Below, in pieces: positions 41,520 through 51,972 of a stretch of 64,000 nt of DNA. Within the stretch, counting starts at the first letter, position 1. Every line of letters begins with the position of its first letter. Under the pieces are notes generated by a model that saw only the letters and a list, made by a program, of their open reading frames with translations, was not told the DNA's origin and ran no database searches. This stretch comes from Obrimoposthia wandeli (lineage: Eukaryota). The stretch is taken from assembly GCA_977020255.1 (NCBI GenBank), contig CDROCS010004085.1:248001-312000 (forward strand), read 5' to 3'. The translations under genes and the position numbers were made by a program.

Positions 41520-42425
41520 GTGAGGGAAATTATGGCTAATAATCAATTTATTAATAACAAGCCCGTTAATAATCAGTTGAATAATAAGACGTTCATTATA
41601 CGTACTATGACGGCTGATGACGTTTCGCTTGCGGTGAATTGGGCAGGACAAGAAGGGTGGAATCCTGGCCTTAACGATGCTTCGACCTTTTATCATGCAG
41701 ACCCGAGCGGTTTTTTTGTTGGTGAGCTTGATAATCAAATCATCGCGGTAGGCAGTGCGGTTATTTATGATGATCAATTTGCTTTTTGCGGGCTATATAT
41801 CGTTGCACCTAAATACCGTGGTAAGGGGTATGGTTTAGCGCTAACAAAACATCGCCTAACACATTGTGGTGATCGCAATATCGGTATCGATGGTGTGTTA
41901 GAAAACGTGAATATTTATCAGCGCATCGGTTACGTTCCTTATTATGAAAATCGCCGTTATCAGTTTACGGCATCGGAAAAATCATTTAATCCTATCTATA
42001 TCAAACCTATAACGAATGATGATTTACCGCAGATTTTCATTTATGACCGTCAGTGTTTTCCTGCTCCTAGAGACAACTTTTTAACACATTGGATTACACA
42101 GCCACAGGTAAAATCACTGTTCTATACTGTAGACGGTAAAATTAAGGGGTATGTTGTCAGACGTCGTTGCCTTGAAGGGTATAAAATTGGTCCTTTATTT
42201 GCTGATAATGCCGAGGTCGCCCAGCAGTTATTAAACGCGGTTCAGGCCGATATCGAAGGGCAAACAGTATTACTTGATGTACCTGAAATTAATAATGAAG
42301 CGGTCAAAATAGCTGAGCAAGAAAAGATGAGTGTTGTATTTGCTACCGCGAGAATGTACCAAAAAGGGCTACCCAATATTGATAATAATAAAATCTTTGG
42401 TATTACGACGTTTGAGTTGGGGTAG
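41520..42425 (+). CDS. GNAT-family N-acetyltransferase (two-domain, YitH-like)
   Basis: WAGQEGWNPG, YRGKGYG, KIGPLFAD, TARMY, FGITTFELG; exact start uncertain. Confidence 0.88.
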   Translation: MREIMANNQFINNKPVNNQLNNKTFIIRTMTADDVSLAVNWAGQEGWNPGLNDASTFYHADPSGFFVGELDNQIIAVGSAVIYDDQFAFCGLYIVAPKYRGKGYGLALTKHRLTHCGDRNIGIDGVLENVNIYQRIGYVPYYENRRYQFTASEKSFNPIYIKPITNDDLPQIFIYDRQCFPAPRDNFLTHWITQPQVKSLFYTVDGKIKGYVVRRRCLEGYKIGPLFADNAEVAQQLLNAVQADIEGQTVLLDVPEINNEAVKIAEQEKMSVVFATARMYQKGLPNIDNNKIFGITTFELG

Positions 42426-42491
42426 CAAACTATACCGTTTCGCTTCGATATTAAGATATGTAGCAGATACTTATCCGCTCGTTTTTGTGTT

Positions 42492-42710
42492 TTATTTATT
42501 GTTATTTGCCCACTGAAAAACCAACGCAATAGGAAAGGGCGAAATCAGTACCAAGCCTAAACCAATCAAACTACTGATAACGACCATGCCTGTTACATTC
42601 TGTCCAATGTCTGTCATGAACAGGCTTATCGCGCCAGCAAGAAACAGAACTAATCCGATGACGTGCAGTATTTTGAAAACCTTAATTATTGGGTGTTGTG
42701 CCTGAGCCAT
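42492..42710 (-). CDS. Small two-TM membrane protein
   Basis: Two hydrophobic segments; AAGGA RBS. Confidence 0.65.
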   Translation of the reverse strand: MAQAQHPIIKVFKILHVIGLVLFLAGAISLFMTDIGQNVTGMVVISSLIGLGLVLISPFPIALVFQWANNNK

Positions 42711-42732
42711 GGGTATGTTCCTTTTTGATCGT

Positions 42733-42820
42733 TATATCCAAGTTACCTTAAGATGCTTGTTTCAGCGAGAATTTATTGGATTCTAGGCAAGGTGCTAATT
42801 AATAGGCCTAGTGGCTTTAC
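42733..42820 (+). repeat. ERIC-like intergenic repeat, copy 3 (longer remnant)
   Basis: TATATCCAAGTTACCTTAAGATGCTTGTTTCAGCGAG...; right end not defined. Confidence 0.55.
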
Positions 42821-43182
42821 GTTGAAAAAAACCATCACTCCTCTTCGCCAGTGCTTAATGTATTCTGCTGATTCAATATTTATGACTGTCTCTTTAATCA
42901 TTATTGAATTTTTCTTGTTGGTTTGCTCGCGTAGTCTATTTCTATAAATTTAATAATAGTAAGGCTCAGCATGTCGTTTAAAGTGACGTATTTTATTTGG
43001 TTTTCAATGGCAACGGTATTATGGATTGGTTTCCCATTTCTGATTTTGGCGTAAGCTTTAGCATTGATGACTTTGTTTATATTTGCGCGTTGGTAGCGAT
43101 TAGCTATCAGCTGCGCATATAGAATGTTGTTATACGTAAAAGTCACGATAGCTACCCATAATGCTTCTGTGAATACGCGTAC

Positions 43183-43248
43183 CCGTCATCTAAACGTCAT
43201 GTTTTCTTTTCATAACTGTCATCAATGTGAATCTGCACTGTCATAAAT
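43183..43248 (+). promoter_or_regulatory. Pho-box array (PhoB sites)
   Basis: CCGTCAT 43183, ACGTCAT 43194, CTGTCAT 43216, CTGTCAT 43238, all in one 11-bp register; the last is CTGTCATAAAT. Confidence 0.75.
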
Positions 43249-43301
43249 ACCCTCTAATATCCTCCTCAACAAAACTGACCTAGTCCAGAGGATGGAAACC
43301 A

Positions 43302-44351
43302 ATGAAACAACTTATTGCTGGCCTTACTTTTGCTGCGATTACCGTAAGCACGGCTGCACAAGCTCAACCCAATGTTGAACAATTAATTAAAGCGGCTCAA
43401 AAAGAAGGGCAAGTTTATAGTGTCGGTATGCCTGATGGCTGGGCAAACTGGAAAGGTACGTGGGCTGATATGGCATCAACCTATGGCTTGAAACACCAAG
43501 ATACAGACATGAGCTCAGCACAAGAAATTGCGAAGTTCGCGGCCGAGAAAAAAAATGCGACCGCAGATATTGGCGATGTGGGTTTTGCCTTTGGTCGAGT
43601 CGCAGTGAAAAAAGGGGTAACTCAACCTTATAAACCGACTACATGGGCAGACATTCCAGATTGGGCGAAAGATAAAGATGGCCATTGGATGCTCGCCTAT
43701 ACCGGCACAATCGCTTTTATTATCAATAATAACCTCGTTAAAGATACGCCTAAAAGTTGGGACGATTTAGTGAAAGGGCAATATCGCGTCACCGTGGGTG
43801 ATGTGGGTGTGGCAGCACAAGCAAACAATGCGGTATTAGCGGCGGCCTTTGCGAAAGGTGGTAATGAGCAAAATATTAAACCTGCATTACAGTTATTTGG
43901 TGAGCTGGCAAAACAAGGCCGTTTATCACTGAATGATCCAAGTATCGCCAATCTTGAAAAAGGTGAAGTGGAAGTGGGCATAATGTGGGACTTCAATGCC
44001 TTGAACTACCGTGACCAAATCGACCGTTCTCGCTTTACGGTTGTTATCCCTTCTGATGGCTCGGTTATTTCGGGCTACACCACCATTATCAATAAGTTTG
44101 CGAAAAACCCTAATGCTGCCAAATTGGCACGTGAATATATTCTGAGTGATAAAGGTCAGATTAACTTAGCACGTGGTTATGCGCGTCCTATTCGTTCATC
44201 AATCACTTTACCTGATGATGTGAAAGCCAAGTTATTGCCTAACGAACAATACACCAATGCTAAGCCAATCTCAGACTTTGAACGTTGGGAAAAAACAGCC
44301 CGTAAATTGCCGCGTCAATGGCAAGAAAACGTTCTAATTCACATGCAGTAA
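43302..44351 (+). CDS. ABC transporter substrate-binding protein (PotD/AfuA-like class)
   Basis: Signal peptide AQA; GMPDGWANW, DTDMSSAQE, ADIGDVG, WDFNAL. Confidence 0.9.
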   Translation: MKQLIAGLTFAAITVSTAAQAQPNVEQLIKAAQKEGQVYSVGMPDGWANWKGTWADMASTYGLKHQDTDMSSAQEIAKFAAEKKNATADIGDVGFAFGRVAVKKGVTQPYKPTTWADIPDWAKDKDGHWMLAYTGTIAFIINNNLVKDTPKSWDDLVKGQYRVTVGDVGVAAQANNAVLAAAFAKGGNEQNIKPALQLFGELAKQGRLSLNDPSIANLEKGEVEVGIMWDFNALNYRDQIDRSRFTVVIPSDGSVISGYTTIINKFAKNPNAAKLAREYILSDKGQINLARGYARPIRSSITLPDDVKAKLLPNEQYTNAKPISDFERWEKTARKLPRQWQENVLIHMQ

Positions 44352-44360
44352 GAGGTCGAT

Positions 44361-45191
44361 ATGCGCAATAAGGTGATTCTTGTTGTGCTTGATGGACTGA
44401 ACTATCAGGTAGCCCATGATTGTATGGGCTACCTAAACGGTTTAATCGAAACTCATCAAGCCACGTTGTATAAAGTACAGGCACAGCTGCCATCTATGTC
44501 ACGCCCGTTATATGAATGTATTTTAACGGGTAAGCGTCCTGTTGAAAGCGGCATTGTGAATAACGAAGTCGTGCGTTTATCCCATCACAGTAGCGTATTT
44601 AGTTTAGCGAAAGACGCTGGATTAATTACAGCAGCAGCGGCTTATCACTGGATGAGTGAACTGTATAACCGCGCCCCGTACGATGCTATTCGTGACCGCG
44701 TAACAAATGATGAAACGTTGAATATTCAGCATGGCTGTTTTTATCATTCAGATCATTACCCCGACGAGCATTTGTTTTTGGATGCCGAGTATTTACGCCG
44801 TCAGTACAATCCTAATTTTCTCTTAATCCACCCGATGAACATTGATGATACTGGTCATAAGTTTGGTTTAGATTCATCGCAATACCGTAATTCAGCACGT
44901 TATGCCGATATTTATCTGTCGCGTTTTGTTCCTGAATGGATAGATCAAGGTTATCAAATTATTGTAACCAGCGATCATGGTATGAATAACGATCGTAGCC
45001 ATGGCGGTGCATTAGCAGAAGAGCGTGAAGTACCGATGTTTGTTATAGGAAGCCAGTTTGCACATCGTCATGTTGTCGAAAATATTGAGCCTCCGAAACA
45101 GACTGAAATTTGTGGTTTAGTGTGTGATTTACTGGGTATAGAGCATCACGATAAAGCCAGCTGTAAGATGTTATTAGCAGGGTCTAAATGA
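44361..45191 (+). CDS. Alkaline phosphatase-superfamily (nucleotide pyrophosphatase-like) protein
   Basis: LVVLDGL, LPSMSRP, HPMNIDDTGH, VTSDHGM, SHGG; no signal peptide. Confidence 0.85.
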   Translation: MRNKVILVVLDGLNYQVAHDCMGYLNGLIETHQATLYKVQAQLPSMSRPLYECILTGKRPVESGIVNNEVVRLSHHSSVFSLAKDAGLITAAAAYHWMSELYNRAPYDAIRDRVTNDETLNIQHGCFYHSDHYPDEHLFLDAEYLRRQYNPNFLLIHPMNIDDTGHKFGLDSSQYRNSARYADIYLSRFVPEWIDQGYQIIVTSDHGMNNDRSHGGALAEEREVPMFVIGSQFAHRHVVENIEPPKQTEICGLVCDLLGIEHHDKASCKMLLAGSK

Positions 45192-46111
45192 GTGAATTAA
45201 TCTCAACGGCTTCCTCTGTCAAGAAGCCAAGTAATGGTACAAGCGTTAATACTGTTCAGGTGGCATCACGCGTTAAGCCACGCTTTAAACACTGGCGTCC
45301 GGCGTTATTATTATTGCCATTTAGTGTGGTGTTTTTCTTCTTCCAACTTGCGCCAATGATATGGGTTTTCGTTAATAGCTTTATTTACGATGAATCGTGG
45401 TCGGTTGAACACTACCATGAAATTTTCGACTCTAATTTCTTATTACAGTCTTTTGGTAACAGCATGTCGATTGCAATGTGGTCGAGTGTGGTGGGCCTAG
45501 CCATTGCGACTGTTGGTGTTGCATCGTTACGACGGGTTGATTGTAAAATACGTGACTGGGTCGTGGCCTTTACGAATATGGCGAGCAATTTCAGTGGGGT
45601 GCCGCTGGCGTTTGCTTTCGTGATTATTCTTGGTTTTAACGGTGCCATTACCTTGCTGTTAAAACAATGGGGTTGGATTGATGATTTCAATTTGTACTCT
45701 AAAACGGGCTTAACGTTTATCTATATATATTTTCAAATTCCACTGGCTATGTTGTTGCTGTACCCCGCCTTTGATGCCCTGCGAGATGATTGGGAAGAAG
45801 CGGCGGCGTTACTGGGCGCGAATAAATGGCGCTATTGGTTACATATCGCTTTACCGGTGTTATCGCCAGCATTATTGGGTACGTTAATTATTCTGATTGC
45901 TAACGCGATGGGGGCGTATGCCAGTGCTTATGCGTTAACAACGGGTAATTACAACTTAGTGACAATTCGTATCGCGAGTTTAGTGTCGGGTGATTTGTTC
46001 CTTGAGCCCAATTTAGCAGCTGCTTTATCGGTATTACTCATGATCATTTTGGGTTTCGTAACAGCGATAAATCAATGGTTGCTGAAAAGGAGCTACCATG
46101 CAAAACGTTAA
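45188..46111 (+). CDS. ABC transporter permease
   Basis: SGVPLAFAF; EEAAALLGA EAA motif. Confidence 0.92.
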   Translation: MSELISTASSVKKPSNGTSVNTVQVASRVKPRFKHWRPALLLLPFSVVFFFFQLAPMIWVFVNSFIYDESWSVEHYHEIFDSNFLLQSFGNSMSIAMWSSVVGLAIATVGVASLRRVDCKIRDWVVAFTNMASNFSGVPLAFAFVIILGFNGAITLLLKQWGWIDDFNLYSKTGLTFIYIYFQIPLAMLLLYPAFDALRDDWEEAAALLGANKWRYWLHIALPVLSPALLGTLIILIANAMGAYASAYALTTGNYNLVTIRIASLVSGDLFLEPNLAAALSVLLMIILGFVTAINQWLLKRSYHAKR

Positions 46112-46889
46112 TTTTAAAATGAGTGCAGCGACATACCATAAATCAGTGGTATATGGATTAATCTCGCTACTCGCCATTCCTGTTATTGCCACGTTAGCGT
46201 ACTCACTAGCCCAACGATGGGGCGCAACCATTACTCCCGATGGCTTTACGTTTGATTGGTATTTACAGTTGTGGCAAGACCCGCGATTTCTAGCGGCGTT
46301 TGGTCGTTCGTTATTACTTTGCTTTGTTTCGTTAGCGGTGAGTTGCGCGTTAATTATTCCGACTATTTTTGTGGTGTTTTATTATTTTCCACGATTAGAC
46401 AGTTGGATGAATTTACTGATATTACTGCCATTCGCTGTGCCGCCGGTTGTGTCTTCGGTTGGGTTATTACAGCTCTATGCTGATGGTCCAATACCGATTG
46501 TGGGTACACCATGGGTATTAATTGGTACGTATTTCACCATTGCATTACCGTTTATGTATCGCGCCCTAGCAAACAGCCTACAGGGTATTAATTTGCGTGA
46601 TTTGATGGATGCCGCGCATTTACTGGGAGCGAGCACACCCCGTGCTTTTGTTTCGATAGTACTGCCCAATATTCGTAAAGGCTTGTTAGCGTCGTTATTT
46701 TTGTCGTTCTCTTTTCTGCTTGGGGAATTTGTTTTCGCCAATATCTTGGTTGGAACGCGCTTTGAAACCTTACAAGTTTATCTCTACAACATGCGCCAAA
46801 CCAGTGGTCACTTTACCTCTGCGTTGGTGATGTCTTATTTCTTTTTCACGTTATTTCTAACGTGGTTAGCAACGCGCTTTAGCCGTTAG
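46098..46889 (+). CDS. ABC transporter permease
   Basis: PFAVPPVV; MDAAHLLGAS EAA motif. Confidence 0.92.
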   Translation: MQNVNFKMSAATYHKSVVYGLISLLAIPVIATLAYSLAQRWGATITPDGFTFDWYLQLWQDPRFLAAFGRSLLLCFVSLAVSCALIIPTIFVVFYYFPRLDSWMNLLILLPFAVPPVVSSVGLLQLYADGPIPIVGTPWVLIGTYFTIALPFMYRALANSLQGINLRDLMDAAHLLGASTPRAFVSIVLPNIRKGLLASLFLSFSFLLGEFVFANILVGTRFETLQVYLYNMRQTSGHFTSALVMSYFFFTLFLTWLATRFSR

Positions 46890-46908
46890 AACACAGGAAA
46901 GTTGAACC

Positions 46909-47958
46909 ATGAATTACGTTGAAGTTTCAAATTTAAGTAAATGCTTTGGTCAAAACACTGTGTTTGAAGGTATTAACCTGACGATTAAACAGGGTGAATT
47001 GGTTACTTTGCTTGGCCCGAGTGGTTGTGGTAAATCGACACTATTACGTTGTATAGCCGGCCTGAATGATGTTGATAACGGTAATATTATCGTTAAAGGT
47101 GAAGATATTACCCATGCAGCGCCGCAAACGCGTGGCATCGGTATGGTGTTTCAGAGCTATGCGTTATTTCCCAATATGACCGCATGGGACAATATTGCGT
47201 TTGGCTTGAAAATGCAGAAAGTGTCAGCGGCTGATCTCACGCAGCAAGTCAGTAAAGTGATTGAATTAGTCGAGCTTAATGGCCGTGAGCAATATTACCC
47301 TCATCAATTATCTGGCGGGCAGCGCCAGCGTGTTGCTTTAGCGCGCGCATTGGTGGTTAAACCCAGAATTCTACTATTGGATGAGCCTTTATCAGCATTG
47401 GATGCACGTATTCGTAAGCACCTTCGTGAGCAAATCCGAACCATTCAAAAAGAGATGAACTTAACCACTATTTTTGTGACCCACGATCAAGAAGAAGCCT
47501 TAACGATGTCAGATCGTATCTTCCTGATGAATAAAGGCGAAATTGTACAAAGCGGCACTGCGGAAGAAATATATACCCAGCCCGCGAGTGAGTTTGTTGC
47601 CAGTTTTATGGGAAATTACAATTTACTGGGTGCAAAACAAGTGCACGATATTTTCGGTATGTCGATTAATGGAAAACTCGCGATTAGACCAGAATCTATC
47701 TATGTACGTGAAGCGGGTCGTCAGTATGGTGATCATATTTCAGCCCCAGTATTAGCGAATGTGGTTAGCCATCAATTATTGGGTAATGTGATTCGTTATC
47801 AGGTTGTGCTTTCTCAAGACGAAATGCAGCAACCAAGCGTATCACCAACGCCAAGCATTATTGTTGATATGTTGAACCGTTCATCAGAACGCTTATTCGA
47901 GCAAGGCACAAAGCTTGAATTGATGTTCAATAAAAACGAGATGCAAGAAGTGGCGTAA
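46909..47958 (+). CDS. ABC transporter ATP-binding protein
   Basis: GPSGCGKST, LSGGQRQR, LLLDEP, VTHDQEEA; C-terminal TOBE-like region. Confidence 0.95.
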   Translation: MNYVEVSNLSKCFGQNTVFEGINLTIKQGELVTLLGPSGCGKSTLLRCIAGLNDVDNGNIIVKGEDITHAAPQTRGIGMVFQSYALFPNMTAWDNIAFGLKMQKVSAADLTQQVSKVIELVELNGREQYYPHQLSGGQRQRVALARALVVKPRILLLDEPLSALDARIRKHLREQIRTIQKEMNLTTIFVTHDQEEALTMSDRIFLMNKGEIVQSGTAEEIYTQPASEFVASFMGNYNLLGAKQVHDIFGMSINGKLAIRPESIYVREAGRQYGDHISAPVLANVVSHQLLGNVIRYQVVLSQDEMQQPSVSPTPSIIVDMLNRSSERLFEQGTKLELMFNKNEMQEVA

Positions 47959-47986
47959 TTAGCGTGGGTATTCTGCTTTAATCTTG

Positions 47987-48014
47987 AAAACGCCAACTTA
48001 ATTGTTGGCGTTTT
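47987..48014. terminator. Bidirectional terminator
   Basis: AAAACGCCAAC/GTTGGCGTTTT between convergent operons. Confidence 0.85.
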
Positions 48015-48064
48015 TACATCATCTGTTTGAAAAATGGAAATAATTTAAGTGTATTCTTTACTGA

Positions 48065-49059
48065 TCAAGTTTGTTGTTGTCTCCCAGCTTCGAGAAACAA
48101 AATAAAGAGGATCGTTATAATCGGCATGTGACCAACAAGCTCTTCTAATCCCGACAGTAGAAAGGTGGTCATAAATATAGCCAGCAACAGACCGTATATG
48201 ATCCGATTGGCAAGGTTGGCTATAAGTATTAGTCCAAGAATGACTTCGCTGATACCGACAAAAACAACAAAATGCAGATTACTAATTTGCGGTAGGCTAA
48301 GCAGCGGAAAGAAATTGTAATAGTCATTTTGGTTGATGAAAGCCAATGCCATACCAGGCAGCATTAACTTATTGTGGAGACCTAATTCCAGTAATTGGAG
48401 CCCTAGCCCTATACGGACTAGATGGACTGCGATTCTGCGCCATTGTTCTTTATCTTGATTCCAATACTTGCATAGTCGGTAGTCATTATTGTTTAAGCTG
48501 GGGCCAATGAAGATAAGCGACAGACCAACAAATAAGAATTCAAAGAGGTAATCAAACGCGATAAAAAAAGGAAAGAAAATGAATAGAGCGAGTGATGTTA
48601 GCGCAATCGCGACACCTGTTAGGCTAACCGAGACGGCCATTAGCACGATTGCCGAAGTCTGAATGATAACGCCATACAGCGCAAGTTGAGGTGATAAGTA
48701 GAGGTTTGGAGCCAGAAACTCCCCCAGCAACAGGTTAACTGCAAGATAACAATTAATGACGAGTACCAGAAAGTACCATATCCAAGGGTGTGGTGTGACA
48801 ATCGGTTGAGTTAGCCCTGCTTTTAGCTTGTTAGGCAGTATGGGAACGTATGCGATCATCGTTGCAAACAAAAAAGGCTGAGTGTTGTGATAACAATAGC
48901 CAAAGAGATGGTATCGAAAGGGAGGCTTGTCTCTGGATTGGTACCATCAGCAATAAACCACCTCACGTGAGCATAGCTAGATTGACTAAAACAAAGCGCA
49001 GGAAAAGAAGCGACGATGCAGAGCCATTGTTTAGCGCGTATTCGTTGTATTCTGTTCAT
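48065..49059 (-). pseudogene. Polytopic membrane protein (DoxX-like C-terminal half) split by a frameshift; may be a sequencing error
   Basis: ORF 48856-49059 (signal peptide ..SSYA|HVRWF) and ORF 48065-48871 join if the A6 run at 48870-48875 were A7. Confidence 0.65.
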
Positions 49060-49089
49060 TATCAGTTCTTCCAAAGGGTAAACCTGCGA

Positions 49090-50352
49090 TTATCTTATTG
49101 GCTCGTTGGTGTTTTCTTCCGTCAACGTTAAAAGAAATACTTCGAGCTGGTTGAGTTGGTAAGGTAATAATTTCAACGGTGCTAAATCTGAATGTGTCCC
49201 GAATGGCGTGGCAGCCCGATTGTAATAGTGGAGTACTTCTGTGAGTGTATTGAATTGTCCTGCATGCATATAAGGGGCGGTATTGGCAATGTTCCTCAAA
49301 CTCGGCACTTTTGTCGCACCCTTTAATTCATCACTGGCTCTTTTGGTAAAGTTCAGCTCTTTACATTGTGCTGATTCGCTATCGCTATAGTAACCAAGGC
49401 AATTAAATGGGTCTTTAAGAGCATGCTCTACTCCCGCAAATCGCCCTTTCTGGGCGGAAAGGTGAGGCATCGGAACCGTTGTCGCGTGAAAGTCACCATT
49501 CGAAAAGAGTGCGCCGTTATGGCAACGAATACATTGCCCTTGTTCGCTGATAAACAGTTTAAGCCCAGCGATTTCGTCTGCGCTTAATAAAGGCTTTTCG
49601 CCGATATCTGGCGATCTGGATGACGCGGTGACTTGATCGATATAGCGATCGAACCGTGTATCTCTAGGCCACAAGGTTGCTTGATAAGCGGCTAATGATT
49701 TGCCTATATTTGCGTAAACACGGTTAATTTCCGTTTGTATTTGAGTGCTTAGCCGTTGCCAGTTCTTTTGTTCATCTACGTATTGGCTGGTCGGAGAGGC
49801 CTGTTCCGGTAAAATGGTATTCATAAGCAGGGCAGGGAGGCTACCGAAAGCAGCCTGATAAAGTTGTGGGTATCGATTTAACACGTATTGCACATATTGC
49901 GTACGAGTGCCGCCATGTTCAATCTGATTTTCTAGTGGTTTTAATGCTTGTGCCCATAGACTATCAGCACTGCCATCCAGCATAAACCAGTTGAAGCTAG
50001 CAACACCCAACAATGTTGGTACTTGTTTATCTAACGAGATATCACTATTGGCTGCTAGGGTGAAATAGTGCTCTGGCTGGTGGCAGCTTGCACAGGCGAT
50101 TTGCTGATAGCGGCTCAGTTGAGTATCAGAAAAAAGTAACTTACCAAGTAATGCTGCCTGCGGCTTGAGTAAGTAGTTATTAGAGGGATCACTTGTTTTC
50201 CATTTACTTGGAAGGCGCAAGCTGCGAAGTATGGCTAATTCCTCCTGAGTCCAAATTGTTATTACAGGCGCAGAGTTATAGGTTATAAAGTAAATTAATA
50301 ATACTGTTATAGCTGAGCTTATAATTACCATTGCTTTATTTAGTGTTATCAT
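49090..50352 (-). CDS. Diheme cytochrome c peroxidase/MauG/MbnH-family protein
   Basis: CASCH and CIRCH heme sites; DGSADSLWAQA..P; PSLRNIA.TAPYMHAG; N-terminal TM anchor. Confidence 0.88.
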   Translation of the reverse strand: MITLNKAMVIISSAITVLLIYFITYNSAPVITIWTQEELAILRSLRLPSKWKTSDPSNNYLLKPQAALLGKLLFSDTQLSRYQQIACASCHQPEHYFTLAANSDISLDKQVPTLLGVASFNWFMLDGSADSLWAQALKPLENQIEHGGTRTQYVQYVLNRYPQLYQAAFGSLPALLMNTILPEQASPTSQYVDEQKNWQRLSTQIQTEINRVYANIGKSLAAYQATLWPRDTRFDRYIDQVTASSRSPDIGEKPLLSADEIAGLKLFISEQGQCIRCHNGALFSNGDFHATTVPMPHLSAQKGRFAGVEHALKDPFNCLGYYSDSESAQCKELNFTKRASDELKGATKVPSLRNIANTAPYMHAGQFNTLTEVLHYYNRAATPFGTHSDLAPLKLLPYQLNQLEVFLLTLTEENTNEPIR

Positions 50353-50749
50353 GATCCAGATCAAATTCTATTTTGTGATGAAATTGTGAGTTGGGATTTA
50401 AATCAATTAATTCGATTCGCCACGTTCCATACATATTAAACTTCACGCCATCAATGATGTATTCTCCTGGCTTCGGTTCATTAATTAGCTCAGGTTGCGT
50501 TGGTAAGCCATGCTGATGGGCGGGCATCCCTCCCTTTATTTGGAACTCTAACCCTTGAACAGGCTGACCTGTTGTGTCATCGATATGAATAACCCAAGAG
50601 TGAATTTTATTTAAAATAATAGGGAATTCAATAGGTTCTGCGGTGATGTTGTGTTGAGGTGTTTGTACGATGACGGGCAGCGTTGACGAGGCCATAGATG
50701 GGTTGTTCATCAATACGAGTAATATAACTATATTATATTTATACAACAC
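50336..50749 (-). CDS. FixH/YtkA-like exported protein
   Basis: Signal-like N-terminus; GGMPAHQHGLPTQP; GVKFNMYGTW. Confidence 0.7.
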   Translation of the reverse strand: MLYKYNIVILLVLMNNPSMASSTLPVIVQTPQHNITAEPIEFPIILNKIHSWVIHIDDTTGQPVQGLEFQIKGGMPAHQHGLPTQPELINEPKPGEYIIDGVKFNMYGTWRIELIDLNPNSQFHHKIEFDLDHDNTK

Positions 50750-51042
50750 AGCAACCTAGTTTGTTAATTATTATATTTAGTGTTTGAAGTATTGTATTAA
50801 GAACGTTATTGATCAAGCTCAGCGTTAAGATTAATAGAAATATCTAGCCTTATATAAATATCACAGTTGATGTTTGGTATTAATAATTAGTTATATTCCT
50901 ATTTACAAAGTGGTATTTTTTTACTTATTTGTTGGTAGTTATTTGCGCGATGTTTGTCAGTATTGAAAATAGAGTTAAGCGTATTTCTTATTGCGTGAAC
51001 TACACTAAAAGACTTGTAGCGCATACATGAAAGGATAACCAG

Positions 51043-51774
51043 ATGAAGAAGCTGCTAGCAACATTATTGTTTTTATCAACGTTTGTGCTTGCTGCACAAG
51101 GAGAATCTGTAAGCTATCAAGTCAATGGCGAAGAATATGAAGGCTTTTATATGGCACCCAAAAAAGGTGCGCCTTTAATCTTGATGGTTCATGATTGGGA
51201 TGGACTCACCGCTTATGAAAAAAAGCGCGTAGGTATGCTTAATGATGAAGGTTACGCGGTGTTCGCAGCTGATCTCTTTGGTAAAGGTGTACGCCCTACA
51301 GAAACAGAAGAAAAGAAAAAGCTAACAGGTGCTTTATATCAAGATAGAGAAAAAATGTTGGGCTTGCTTGATGGTGCATTAGAGAAAGCTGCATCACTGG
51401 GTGCAAAAGCCGATAATACCGTAGCAATGGGGTATTGTTTTGGCGGGTCAGCAGTACTTGAAATGGCTCGCAGTGGTGCTGGTATGAAAGCATATGTCAC
51501 CTTCCATGGCGGGTTAAAAACACCAGAAGGGGCTGATTACGCGAAAACGAAAGGCAAGGTACTCGTGTTCCATGGTGGTGGCGATACTTCTGTAACTATG
51601 GCTGACTTTGCCGAACTTTCTACCGCCCTTGAAGCCAGTAATGTCGATAGCGAAATGATTGTATACAGTGGTGCACCACACGGCTTTACTGTTGAAGGCT
51701 CAGATCGTTATCAAGCAGCAGCCGATCAAAAATCTTGGGCGCGTTTTGTTGAATTTTTAGCGGAAATTAAATAA
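51043..51774 (+). CDS. Dienelactone hydrolase family protein (exported)
   Basis: Signal peptide; HDWDG, GYCFGG, HGGGD, YSGAPHGF. Confidence 0.92.
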   Translation: MKKLLATLLFLSTFVLAAQGESVSYQVNGEEYEGFYMAPKKGAPLILMVHDWDGLTAYEKKRVGMLNDEGYAVFAADLFGKGVRPTETEEKKKLTGALYQDREKMLGLLDGALEKAASLGAKADNTVAMGYCFGGSAVLEMARSGAGMKAYVTFHGGLKTPEGADYAKTKGKVLVFHGGGDTSVTMADFAELSTALEASNVDSEMIVYSGAPHGFTVEGSDRYQAAADQKSWARFVEFLAEIK

Positions 51775-51783
51775 CTGTCTCTG

Positions 51784-51805
51784 CAAGGCTAATTTATTAG
51801 CCTTG
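51784..51805 (+). terminator. Terminator-like hairpin
   Basis: CAAGGCTAA/TTAGCCTTG directly after the stop codon. Confidence 0.6.
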
Positions 51806-51972
51806 TTCTGGTGTCGAGTAAAAAGGGTTGCATTAAACGTAACCTTTTTACTATAAGGGAAGAATCATGGTGTAATTATTGATTCGATTGTGAGTAAATA
51901 ATTTTGCGAGCATACTGATTTATGTCATGGTAATGCAGATGTAAACTTTTGAATAACTAAAAGGAAATTATT

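Noticed and set aside
41520-41600. Asn-rich short duplications at the GNAT N-terminus (similar PFNS-AS-N repeat in the AMP ligase)
   Set aside because: Low-complexity terminal expansions, no evidence of function
42901-43146. 81-aa minus-strand ORF divergent from the ABC operon
   Set aside because: No recognisable family and uncertain start; may be a remnant
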